NCBI RefSeq assembly: GCF_964355755.1
Contig: NC_092677.1
Coordinates: 1,386,101-1,450,100 of the forward strand
Direction: 5' to 3'
DNA from: Antedon mediterranea
Taxonomy: Eukaryota > Animalia > Echinodermata
DNA length: 64,000 bases
A program made the position numbers and the translations under genes. The notes under the pieces are model-generated. The model was not told the origin of the DNA. It made no database searches and saw only the letters and a list, made by a program, of their open reading frames with translations. Numbering within the stretch: the stretch's first letter is position 1; each line of letters starts with the position of its first letter. This document shows, piece by piece, positions 13,174 to 25,069 of this stretch.

Positions 13174-14390
13174 TCAAGCTGTATATGTAAATGTTAAAGC
13201 AAAGAGGGACAACAAATAATGCATCTTTAATTGTTAATGAAATATCACAGTTTGTAAATTGTTGATTTTAATAATATAACTCAATCATTTATGGGTAAAA
13301 CTGATAAATTAATTAATTAATTTAAAATAACAAGAAAAAGTGTTAATTCTGCCATTAGTTATAAAAAACCATACACTTTACTTAGTGCCATTGCCTACCA
13401 ATGGTATATAGCAATGTGTGATGTAAAGATGAAAACCATAGTGTAAATAACAAGATACATTAATTATGCGAATCCTATGTCTTGGTCATTTTTTTCGTAC
13501 TGAAATTAAAATTTGCTTGTAGTTGAATCGTTGAATAGAAAAATAAGGATTTCATACACCAATATGCGTTTAAGTTCATATTATTAGAGGAGTGTTCTTT
13601 AATTTAATTTCTTGATTCGATTGCTTTGTTTGGTTGCTCGTTGCCATTTTTCATAACTGCATTCGTTCAAAATTATTTTGAAACGAATTTCATCGTCTTT
13701 CGTTCAAATGTAGCCTAATGACGCCTGACGCCCTCTACCTCACTCTATGTAGCTTTCATTTTCTTACAAAAGTGCTACACACTCTTTAGTCTTCACGCTC
13801 ATTAGACAATACAAGCAAGTATCGTTACAGGTTGGTTTATTTTTGTTAATATACTTAATACATAACTTGTCAAACTACTTTTTATTATTTAGCAAATTAA
13901 TTGTCACTAATAAAAACGGTAAGGTACTCAATCGATATTTGACATGGACGATACTGTATGGAGGAAGTAGACATAATATCAAAGTATGAATCCACACTCA
14001 TAACAATAACAGGAACAATCATTATTTCAATATACATTATATACAATAGTGGAATAGTTTTGCTGTATAGGCCAACTGCGTCGTATTTAAGATTCCTGCT
14101 TTAGATTTGTGGAGATGAAGACGGAAATGTAAACATGAAATGTGATTTTTTTTTCAACTTTGTGTTTGTAAAAAGACAGTTCTTTAGAAATATAGGAAAT
14201 ATTTTTATTCACAAAAAATTAATCTAAACATTGGGCCACCATACATTATGGAGGAAATAAACAAAAATTTAATTCAATTCGCATTCTGACAATACAAGCG
14301 ATCAGTGTCCTGTATAATATATACTGAGAGACAAGAGTGAATGTATCATTTTTGATTTTCAGATTGTTAGGCGTGACTTTAACAGAAGTA

Positions 14391-16355
14391 ATGGCGATAT
14401 GTGAGTGTGCACTCATTTTCCTGATTTTCCAAAGCGACTGTAAGTAGAAACTTTGAATATAATTGGTGTAATCAGTTGTATTGCATGTTTATTAGTAGGA
14501 CCCTACTATGGTTTCAAGACTGAAATGGCTATGGAGTTTGACGGCGTAGTAACCAATTTTTATTGTATTGTATTGTTTGTATTAATTGATTTGTTTTATA
14601 CAAATACATGAATACTCATTCATTTTGTGTATATAGTTATAAATGGTCAAACTCCTGTTGTCAATGTGCAAGATGCTACTGTTAAATTAGGTGAAGATGC
14701 TATTATCACCTGTGATTACACACTCACTGGTTCAAGAACCTTTCTTGGTGCTCAATGGTACAATAGCAATTCAGACGAAAACCTTCTTGTTAATACTGCA
14801 GTGTCACATTCTAATGGTAGATACACTGTTGATACCACACAAACTGGTGAAGCTACTCTCACCATTGCAACCTCAGTGTTGTCTGATGATGGATACTTTA
14901 GGTGTAGAATTGTTGATTCAATTACTGTTTCTGGTGAAAACAACGGAAATCTTACAGTTCAATGTAAGTAGGAATAAATGTACGAATGACATACTGTAGA
15001 TTTAAGTCATTCAAACAAATAAGCAATCATCATTTTAATATAAAGACAATTGATTTTGTCAATACAGATCTGGACACCCCCGTTTTGAAGTCGGACACAT
15101 TATCTGTCATGATAAATGACACCGCAACATTTACATGTACTCAACTTATCGGTGAACCAAAATCAATTACTGTCAGATGGACAAAAAATGATGCTACGCT
15201 AGACATTTCTGATATAGACAAATATCCGTCTTCTGATGCAACATTAATAATTAATCAAGTAGATGAAATGGACGACGGAAGTTATCGGTGTGTAGCAGAG
15301 AATGCTGCTTACAGTGGAGATGAAGGAAAACCGAGTAATCCTCTTATACTCTCAGTAGGTTGGTTGCAATAAAGTTGTTATAACTAATGTTACAATAATA
15401 TCATATTTTATTGAGATCATAGGTATAATAATTATAGTCTATCATAATTAGAGGGACTATTCCAACAATTATGTATTATGCGGTAATGAAAATAAAGCAC
15501 AGCTACACAATTTAGTTACAAAAGGCCTTTTTATAATATAGAACAAGACAATATATACAACCAATGCACTGACTATGTTTAAATAACATAATCATATGTA
15601 CTTTCTATTTCTTTAGCATTGACAACACCTTCTTCTACATCCAGTAGGTCAACTACACGTACGTTTTGTTTGTTTGCATTGCACTAATAGTTTCCTATGT
15701 TTAGGCCCTATAAGTTTGCGAATAAAAAATATGACTATTGTATATTTGTTATGTCACAATCACATGGTAACTCTGATCCTCTTGATTTGTACATCGTTTG
15801 TACACAGAAGTTCCAAATAGTGAGGATGTATGTACTTCAACTGGTCTTGTTGTTGGAATGACGTTTGTTGGTGTGCTCATTGGATTCATTCTCTGTTTGA
15901 TTGTGGTTTTTATCATCAGCAAAATAAGGAAGACAAAATCACAGGTAAAGTATAATTCAGAAGGTAGAAAAAAAAATAGTAAAATAGTCGAAAGTTAAGT
16001 GAAATACCGTCACACGTAATGGCAAACGTATTATCATTCAATTTACTTTTTGATGTTTTATTTCAAAGGCACCGACATCAATAAATGACAACCAATCAGG
16101 GGTAAGGATGCTATACTTCAACCTTAATTATTCGCTTTCACTTTGATCATTACCATCATTGTCACCAATACACAATAAAGGTTTGCATGATTGTAATTCA
16201 TCTTACTTTACTGTTGTATTTTTTAGCAGCAGGCGTATATGACTTATACTGGAGATACAGATAAAGAAACAAACAACACATACCAAGATTTACAGAAGAA
16301 AGACGATAATCAAGCTGTATATGTAAATGTTAAAGCAAAAAAGGACAACAAATAA
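14391..16355 (+). CDS. Intact V-C2-TM-Tyr-tail Ig receptor G5 (exons 14391-14439, 14637-14963, 15068-15358, 15617-15643, 15808-15944, 16069-16101, 16227-16355)
   Basis: All GT-AG, phases 1,1,1,1,0,0, no stops. Leader MAICECALIFLIFQSDFING; V: IITCDY..QWY..RYTV..ATLTI..DDGYFRC; tail AYMTY..TYQDL..VYVNV. Confidence 0.85.
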
Positions 16356-17407
16356 TATACATGTTTAAAATAAAAATGAAAGAAATACATTATTATTATT
16401 ATTCTTATTATTAATGAAATACCATTGGTTTAAAACTACAATGACATACCTCTTTTTTTATTATAGAAATAAAGAGAAATCATAATCTGTAGAAAGTGTT
16501 TTCTTTCTCTTGGTTTAACTCTTTAACGCGTACAAATTAATAACAAGGAAATGTAAATTCTGCAATTTGTATCATCATTACCAAAAACCTCTATGTACCT
16601 ATAGTGACATAATCTACCAGTGGTATATAGCAACATGTGAACCATAGACATAACCCTGTATGGATCGTATGGTACAACTTTTTTTTTCTATTCGTGGGCC
16701 TAGGCGAAGGTCTAAATCACTTGGATCTAACAATGGGTTCTGTAATAAAAAGTGTTATTTTGCTTTTATATGAGTTCCTTGTTTATCAGTATGAGTCCAA
16801 CTCCAAATAATTGTCCAAATATTGTCAAATAATAACAACAATTAAGAGATATGTTTCAACTACAATCTATAATCAAAGAGTAAATTCATTCGTTAAACAA
16901 CAAAATGCCGTGACATGAGATGCAAAAGAGAAATCAATTTTGAAATCAGTAGCCTATAATAACAGTTGACGGCCGTTTAATTAGTATATTAGTACCGTAG
17001 CCTATAGGCCACCAACAACGGCACCAAAATGCAATTTTCTTGTTCAAAGAATCTTACTTACTTTTGATGCAGGACACATCAAGTTTGTGCCGATTTCACA
17101 ATAGCAATTGTTTGAGAAATTAAAGTTTAGACCAAAGATGCTTTAGCATCATGAAGTGGCGCCACTCTACGTGGCGCGTTATACAATCTTTGGTTTTAGA
17201 CTGGGTGTGGCCAGGGATCGGGGGGCGGGGGGGGGGCTGACAGAGCGAGATAGCTTAGTGAACGATGAGGGCGTGTGTAATTAATTCAATCCAGAGCCAT
17301 CAGATTCAATAAACTCGTATTAGGTCTACTTTCAAAATCTCACAAAACAAGGAAGGACAATTCGATTTATATTCCGTATTCACTATACTAATAATTCTGT
17401 CTTTGTG

Positions 17408-19733
17408 ATGATGACTACTTGTTGTTTGCTACTACTTGTTCTTGTATTTGGTAAGTACCAAGCTTTAATGTTTTGTTGTCAAACTAAGAAAACATTTAAT
17501 TTTGTTTGTATTTAAATTACACATTTCCGTCATTTTTTGAAATAAAAATAGTTATACAGTTATGTTATTTCCGGATTATAGATGGTGGTTCAAATTTTCA
17601 ACAATCATAAAAATAAACTATCAAGTGAAAGTTATTCCGGTTGTCTGTGTTTCTATGAAAAAATGCATTTACTAGAATTTATTATTTTGTTATTATCATA
17701 ATTCTGATTTAAACACTTTTCAGTATAGGCCAAATATGTCATATTTCACAGAAAATCTTAGTTTCAGATGCAAGTGCCCAAACACTAGTGACAGTGAATG
17801 CTGGTACAGCAAAAGTTGATGAAGCTGCAACAATGATGTGTACTTATACACTTGTACCAAATGATTCTTTGCTTCAACTGGTTTGGACAAAAGCAGATGA
17901 CCATGGTCAAGCAGTAGGAATTGCTCTTGTGACTTCTACAGGAGAAACAAGCAATGATCGTTACAGTTTATCCAATAATAATCTTATAATAATTGATGTT
18001 GAACGAGAAGATGCAGACAACTATCGTTGTAGCGTTAGCACCAATGGTGGAAATACTGCTGACAACTTTGCTAATCTCACGGTCTATTGTGAGTATGTAG
18101 CTAATTATGAATGAGTGTTCAAAGTTTTTGAAATGAAAAATATTAAAACGTCAACCCACCAATAAAATAAGACGTTAATACACTTGCATTTAACTTACAT
18201 TTTACAATTGTTGTGGAAATGTTGCAATGCATACGCAAAATAGGCCTCCTGATTTGTTCGTTAATGAGTATTACTATTATTACTGTAGTCATGAATGAAC
18301 ATGTTTGCATTACAGATCTTGAAGAACCAGTTCTGAATCCAACAAAGTTGTCTGTCCACGCAACTGAAACTGTGACATTTACATGTTCTAACCTTATTGG
18401 TGTACCAACACAAATTACCGTCACGTGGATCAAAGATGACGTCACACTTGATGTGTCTGATACAATAAAGTATCCGTATTCTGATACAACATTGACGATT
18501 AATGACGTTGATGAATCAGACGAGGGCGTTTATCAGTGTAGAACAGAGAATGCTGCTTATAGTGGAACAGATGGAAAACTTAGTAATACTGCCACAATGT
18601 CAATAGGTTGGTGGAATAAACATTTTGATAAATAATATATTTTATTAGCATCATTGTATACGTATTTTCTGCATGTCCTAATTATAAATGGAATATTCAT
18701 ATTACAGTATATTATGTCATGCGGTAATAAAAAATAAAGCACAGATACACAGTGAAATCTGAACGTTTCAGATTTATTTAGTTATAAATTGCCTTTTGTA
18801 ATATGAACGCATGGCGTGTTTTAGGCTACTAAATATTGCTTGTTTTTTATTTCTTTAGCATTGACAACAACATCTTTTATATCCAGTAAGTCAACTACAC
18901 GTAGGTTCTGTTTGTTTGCATTGTATTGTAAATTCCCGGGTTTTTGCATTAGCGAAAAGAAAATAAGGATAGAAATGGAAAGGGATATCCCCGCTTCATT
19001 CCATGATCTGTATGAGTGCTTAAAAAGGAAAATAAGTATGACCTTTACATATTTGTCAACACTACATTATTGTAAACATGTTTAAAACACATGGTAACAC
19101 TAATCCTTCTGTATTATTTGTTCAGTTTTAAGTACAGAAGTTTCAAACAGAGAGAATGATTGTAATTCAACAGGTCTTGTTGTAGGAATGATGTTTGTTG
19201 GTGTGCTCATTGGATTCATTATATGTTTGCTTGTGGGTTTTATCATCAGCAAAATAAGGAAGTCACATGCACAGGTAAAGTATAATTCAGAAAGTAGAAC
19301 CAAAAGCAAAAGTGTATACTTAAAATGACCAAAGGTTTAATGAAATACCGCACACTTCAGTAATGGAAACTATTTTAACATTAAATATTATGTTTTATTT
19401 TGAAGGTACCGACATCGAAAAACACCAACCAATCAGGGGTAAAGATGCCATACTTCAACTTTAAGTATTCACTTTACTCATTATTATCATCATCATCATC
19501 ATCATCATCATTATTATTATTACTATTTCACCAATATATCAATACAGGTTTACACGATTTTCATTCTTCTTTTTCCATGCACTAAACTTCTTAATTTTTT
19601 GTAGCAGCAGGCGTATATGACTTATACTGGAGAGACAGATAAAGAAACAAACCACACATACCAAGATTTACAGAAGAAAGACGATAATCAAGCTGTATAT
19701 GTAAATGTTAAAGCAAAAAAGGACAAAAAATAA
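17408..19733 (+). CDS. Intact Ig receptor G6 (exons 17408-17450, 17762-18088, 18316-18606, 18859-18885, 19126-19274, 19406-19438, 19605-19733)
   Basis: Leader MMTTCCLLLLVLVFVSDASA; in-frame splicing of all 7 exons; canonical Ig Cys/Trp in both domains. Confidence 0.88.
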
Positions 19734-19850
19734 TATACATGTTTAGAATATAAAAATAAAAGAAATACATTATTATTATTCCTATTATTAATGGAATATC
19801 ATTGGTTTGAAACTACAATCACATACATCTTGTTGATTTTGTTATAGAAT

Positions 19851-20418
19851 ATATCCTAAATATTTATAATCTAAATAAACTTGTAACTAACACTTTTATG
19901 TTTCGTCTTACTAATAAAACATTACAACCTTATAGTTTGTTCTTTATTTACTAACGCATCCGAGATCCACTCATATAATACACGATTCTCCCAGACAAAT
20001 TTATTAAGCGATCTATCAAATTCTAAATTCAGACGCTCTTCAATTCTGTACAATGGCCCAAAATTATGGAAAAATATCCCCCCTTCTTTAAAAAATAAAC
20101 ATTCTCTTTCATCATTTAAATATCATTATAAAAACCTCTTGGTCTCAGTGTATGGTGAGTAGTCTCCTCTTTCCTTCTTTTTATATTTTTTTGTATTGGA
20201 TTTAAAGAGTTTTAAATGAATTGTAAATTATTTATATTTGGATTTACATAATATATTCTAAAATTTTTTACTATATTTCTTAATTTTATTTATTTATTTG
20301 GTTAACTTGGTGGTCGGTCTGTAATCTGATCGACTCCTGTTACAATTAATGGTTTCTAACTTGAACGCTTCATTTGTTTTATCATTTTCGTATATTTATC
20401 TGTAATTATTGTTTAAAA
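19851..20418 (+). mobile_element. 5'-truncated LINE 3' end (CR1/L2 group) in the G6 3' UTR
   Basis: Translates as ILNIYNLNKL..FMFRL..IHSYNTR..YNGPKLWKNIP..FKYHYKNLL, like the C-terminus of the LINE ORF2 at 25373-28378. Flanked by a ~120-bp host duplication. Confidence 0.75.
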
Positions 20419-21289
20419 TAATATACATGTTTAAAATATAAAAATAAAATAAATACATTATTATTATTATTCTTATTATTAATGGAATATCATTGGTTTG
20501 AAACTACAATCACATACATCTTGTTGATTTTATTATAGAAATAAAGAGAAATCATAACCTGTAGAAAGTGTTTTCTTTCTCTTGATTTAACTCTTTAACG
20601 CGTACAAATTTAACAACAAGGAAATGTGAATGCTGCAATTTGTAACATCATTAACAAAAAAAACCTCTATGTACCTATAGTGACATAATCTACCAGTGGT
20701 ATATAGAAACATTTGATGTAAAGATGAAAACCATAGACATACTTGAAAAATGTAAAAAAAGATAATTATGTAACTAACAACGATACATTTATTAAAAAAC
20801 TGTATTTCTTGTTTTGATTTGTTTTAATTAAACCTTGCTTGTACAAGACCAACTTTGATTTGTTACTGAATTTAAAGTTTGAATGCATTAGTACATTGAC
20901 ATATAATGACTATTCCAGCATAAGAAGGAAAATAAACTAGACAATCAATTCTTTTAACACGCGTGTAGTGTATTATTGTTATATAGCGTTCTTTAGTTTA
21001 GTTCGCCTCGAGATGTACGTTGTTTGCTTGCTGCCATATTTTATACAAAGAATTGAGTAAGTTCAAATTAATTTTTAAACTGAATTTTTAGATTCCTGGG
21101 AATTGGAACGGGGCTTTAAAGTATATGGGTGCGATTTTTATTTTGTTAATGATTTTTAAACAAATTTAAGAAATACCACAGTTTGAGTTTGCACTGTTTT
21201 GAACTACAAAACAATTTAATAATAATCACGTGTTTTATGATTTTATTTTAAATAATTGATACTATTAAAAAAGATTAATTGTATCATCT

Positions 21290-21500
21290 TGATTTGGACG
21301 CAAGTACAGTGCACTATAATTGTGAAGGAAATAAAACTAATATATCACAAGTATGAATAGCAATCCAGAATCACAACAACGACAGGAACAATCAATACTT
21401 CAGTATACAATACCGTAGGGTGTGGTAGAGTGCAAGACAATAAAAGTGAAATAGTCACCACCTAATAAAGCGGAAAAGATTTCCATATTCTATAGAACTG
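21290..21500 (+). promoter_or_regulatory. Conserved upstream block of the Ig receptor genes (one representative copy)
   Basis: A block with AGGAA(G/A)TAAA, AGGAACAATCAAT and GTGTGG(T/A)AGAGTGC recurs at ~2000-2200, 5270-5470, 13950-14030, 31300-31440 and 39680-39880, upstream of leader exons. Confidence 0.45.
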
Positions 21501-21502
21501 CG

Positions 21503-23685
21503 ATGGAGGCGAAATGTACAAGTGCGATGATTTTCCTGATTATTCAACTTTGTGTTTGTATGTACAAATATCAAAAAATATCTTTTTTTTCACAAAATGA
21601 CGCAATCATAAATCGTTATTTTTTTATTTTTTTTTTTAATTTAGTTTCAGATACAAGTGCACAAACACCAGTGACAGTGGATGCTGGTACAGTCAATGAG
21701 TTTGACAATGTAACAATGATGTGTACTCCGAACGTTTTTATAGGAGATTCGTTGAATCAACTGGTTTGGACAAAAGTTGATGACAATGGTGAACAACAAG
21801 GACCTGCTCTTGTGATTTCTACAGGACAAGCAACAAATGATCAATACAGTTTGTCCAATAATAATCTTATAATAACTGAGGTTGTAAGAGGTGATACAGG
21901 CAACTATAAATGTACTGTTAGCACCAATCTTGGAAATCCTGGTGAAGACTCTGCTGCACTTACAGTCAATTGTAAGTATTAGAATTTTATGAATATACAT
22001 TTCAGAGTGGGAGAAAGCTGCTTAGAAATTTACTCTATGTTAGACTATTGACTATCCCAAATGTTTATTTACATGTTTATAACATTGTAAAAACACACAC
22101 AAGGTACAATATTTAACAAGTAGAGTATTCTATTGTTCTTTATATTTAATTAAAATGTTTTTCTTGAATGTTTACACACATGCCTTGTTGATAAATAGTA
22201 TTTGTAGCACAAACAAATTATTATAAAAATGTATCATGAAAATAAGCTGTGTTTATGGTAATACATTTAATAGACAAAGACAAAGAGTATTTTAAAAATT
22301 GTTATGTAAATTTTTCATGAACAGATCTTGACAACCCAGGTTTGAAGCTAATGTCTAACGATCATGAAACAGCAATATTTGAATGTACTGAACCTGATGG
22401 ATTCCCAACACCAATTACCGTCGCATGGATCAAAGATGGCAATGAGCTTGGTGTTTCTGATACAGACAAGTATCCGTTTTCTGATACAACATTAACGATT
22501 AATGACGTCGATGGGGCAGATGAAGGAGTTTATCAGTGTAGATCTGAGAACGATGCTTATAGTGGAAATGAGGGAAAACTTAGCACTACTGCTACACTGT
22601 CAATAGGTTGGTTGGAATAAACATTTTGATAAATAATATATTTATTGGCATCATAGTATAGTATAAGTATTTTATGCATGTCATAATTATAACCGAAAAT
22701 AAAGCACAGCTTTAGCGAAATCTAAAAGTTTCAGTTTATTTTAGTTATTAAGGGTTATTTTTATAATATGAACGCATGGCGTGTTTTACTAAATATTGCT
22801 TGTTTGTTTTATATTTCTTTAGCATTGACAACAAATTCTTATATACCCGGTAAGTCAACTACACGTAGGTTTTGTTTGCTTGCATTTTTATTTATTGTAA
22901 ATTTCCGGGTTTTGTTTTGCATTGCCACAAGCAAATAAAAAAAGGATAGACATTGGAGGGGATATGCCACGCCTCATCCCTAGGATCTGCATGAATGCTT
23001 AAAGGGAAAATAATGATAACCTTTTTATAATATATTCGTCAACACTACATTATTGTAAACATGTCTAAAATGACATGGTAACACTGTACTAATTGTTTAG
23101 TTTTAAGTACAGAGTTTCCAAAGAGTGAGGGCGTTTGTAATTCAACAGGTCTTGTTGTTGGAATGACGTTTGTTGGTGTGCTCATTGGATTCATTCTCTG
23201 TTTGCTTGTGGGTTTTATTATCAGCAAAATAAAGAGATCAAATCCAAAGGTAAAGTATAATTTTGAAAGTAGCCCCAGCAAAAGAGATAGGCATAGAATG
23301 ACCAAGGGTTTAAAATACCGCACACTTGAGTAATGATTTTAACATTAAATATGTTTTATTTTAAAGGTACCTACATCAAAAAACACCAACCAATCAGGGG
23401 TAAGGATGCTATACTGTACTTCAACTTTAAGTATTCACTTTCTCTTGTCATCATCATCATCATCATTTATTATTACCATTGTCACCATCATATCAAAAGG
23501 TTTACACGATTTTCATTCTTCTTTTTCCATGCACTAAACTGTTGTATTATGTTTAGCAGCAGGCGTATATGACTTATACTGAAGAGACAGATAAAGAAAC
23601 AAACCACACATACCAAGATTTACAGAAGAAAGACGATAATCAAGCTGTATATGTAAATGTTAAAGCCAAGAAGGACAACAGATAA
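21503..23685 (+). CDS. Intact Ig receptor G7 (exons 21503-21557, 21645-21971, 22325-22606, 22823-22849, 23101-23249, 23367-23399, 23557-23685)
   Basis: Leader MEAKCTSAMIFLIIQLCVFSDTSA; all exons in frame; tail QQAYMTYTEETDKETNHTYQDLQKKDDNQAVYVNVKAKKDNR*. Confidence 0.88.
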
Positions 23686-24548
23686 TACATTATTCAAGAT
23701 AAATTAATACAATATTAATTATTGTTATTGGAATATCATACTTACAAGTTTTTACTTATAAGTGTTACCTATAGTGAAACTGACAGAACCACGGTATATC
23801 GCAACATGTGATATAACGAAGAAAACCATCACACATTGTTTTAAAAATGTAACAGTTTATTCAAATGAATAAGTTGTTCGTTATTTTGTAATTTTGTAAT
23901 TATATAATTAATTTGCTTTAGTATACCAACTTTGATTTGTTACTTTGAATGTAATGTTATAATGCATAAGTACAACACCAATACGCTTGTTCTTTTGTAT
24001 TATTATTATTATTATTAATTTTATTTCGCTTATGAGATGTGCATTGGTTGCTTGCAGGCGTATATGACTTATACTGAAGAGACAGATAAAGAAACAAACC
24101 ACACATACCAAGATTTACAGAAGAAAGACGATAATCAAGCTGTATATGTAAATGTTAAAGCCAAGAAGGACAACAGATAATACATTATTCAAGATAAATT
24201 AATACAATATTAATTATTGTTATTGGAATATCATACTTACAAGTTTTTACTTATAAGTGTTACCTATAGTGAAACTGACAGAACCACGGTATATCGCAAC
24301 ATGTGATATAACGAAGAAAACCATCACACATTGTTTTAAAAATGTAACAGTTTATTCAAATGAATAAGTTGTTCGTTATTTTGTAATTTTGTAATTATAT
24401 AATTAATTTGCTTTAGTATACCAACTTTGATTTGTTACTTTGAATGTAATGTTATAATGCATAAGTACAACACCAATACGCTTGTTCTTTTGTATTATTA
24501 TTATTATTATTAATTTTATTTCGCTTATGAGATGTGCATTGGTTGCTT
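23559..24548 (+). repeat. 495-bp tandem duplication of the G7 tail exon plus 3' UTR
   Basis: Stop codons end at 23685 and 24180; the two copies look identical by eye. Confidence 0.92.
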
Positions 24549-25069
24549 GCTGCCATTTTCCATCTGCGTAAGCAGTGGTGGCGCCAGCGGGGGAGGGGGG
24601 GGGACTACGGGGGCTGTATCTCCCTCGCCGGGGAGCCTATCCCCCACGTCGGGGAACGTGAGTACTTTTCGTCGGGGAATATAATATACAGTAAAAATCA
24701 TTCGCGTTCACTTCGTAGCTTCAGCGACTAGAAAACCGCGAAGTTCCATTTTTTTTAAGTACGTCGGAGATGGCTATTACACTTTATTATGCATGCATTA
24801 TTGCCAGCGATCTAATAAACAATAGGTATGCACTTGTCTGGCGGTGTCCCTTTGTACGAATCGTTTAACATTGGGCCCGGCCGCGAATTTTTTTTTCGTA
24901 CATAAAACGTCACAAAATAAACATGAATAATTCATCAGTTAAATTTGTTGTTCCGTGTGAACCCAAGCGTATAGCAACAAGAAATGATTTAATACACAAC
25001 TGCGATACGATTCTTTCTACAATAGGCCTAGGATTCTAGGTCAATTCACGTGATTGCCTTCGCGCACTC

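Noticed and set aside
18840-19085. Conserved-looking read-through of the stalk exon (SKSTTRRFCLFALYCKFPGFC) as an alternative TM or tail
   Set aside because: Length and frame vary among paralogues (early stop in G5, indels elsewhere), and a GTAAGT donor is present in most copies; best explained as homologous intron.
21503-21982. Single 159-aa ORF covering the leader and V of G7
   Set aside because: It contains an 87-nt in-frame intron (21558-21644) with normal splice sites; homologous introns in paralogues are not open.
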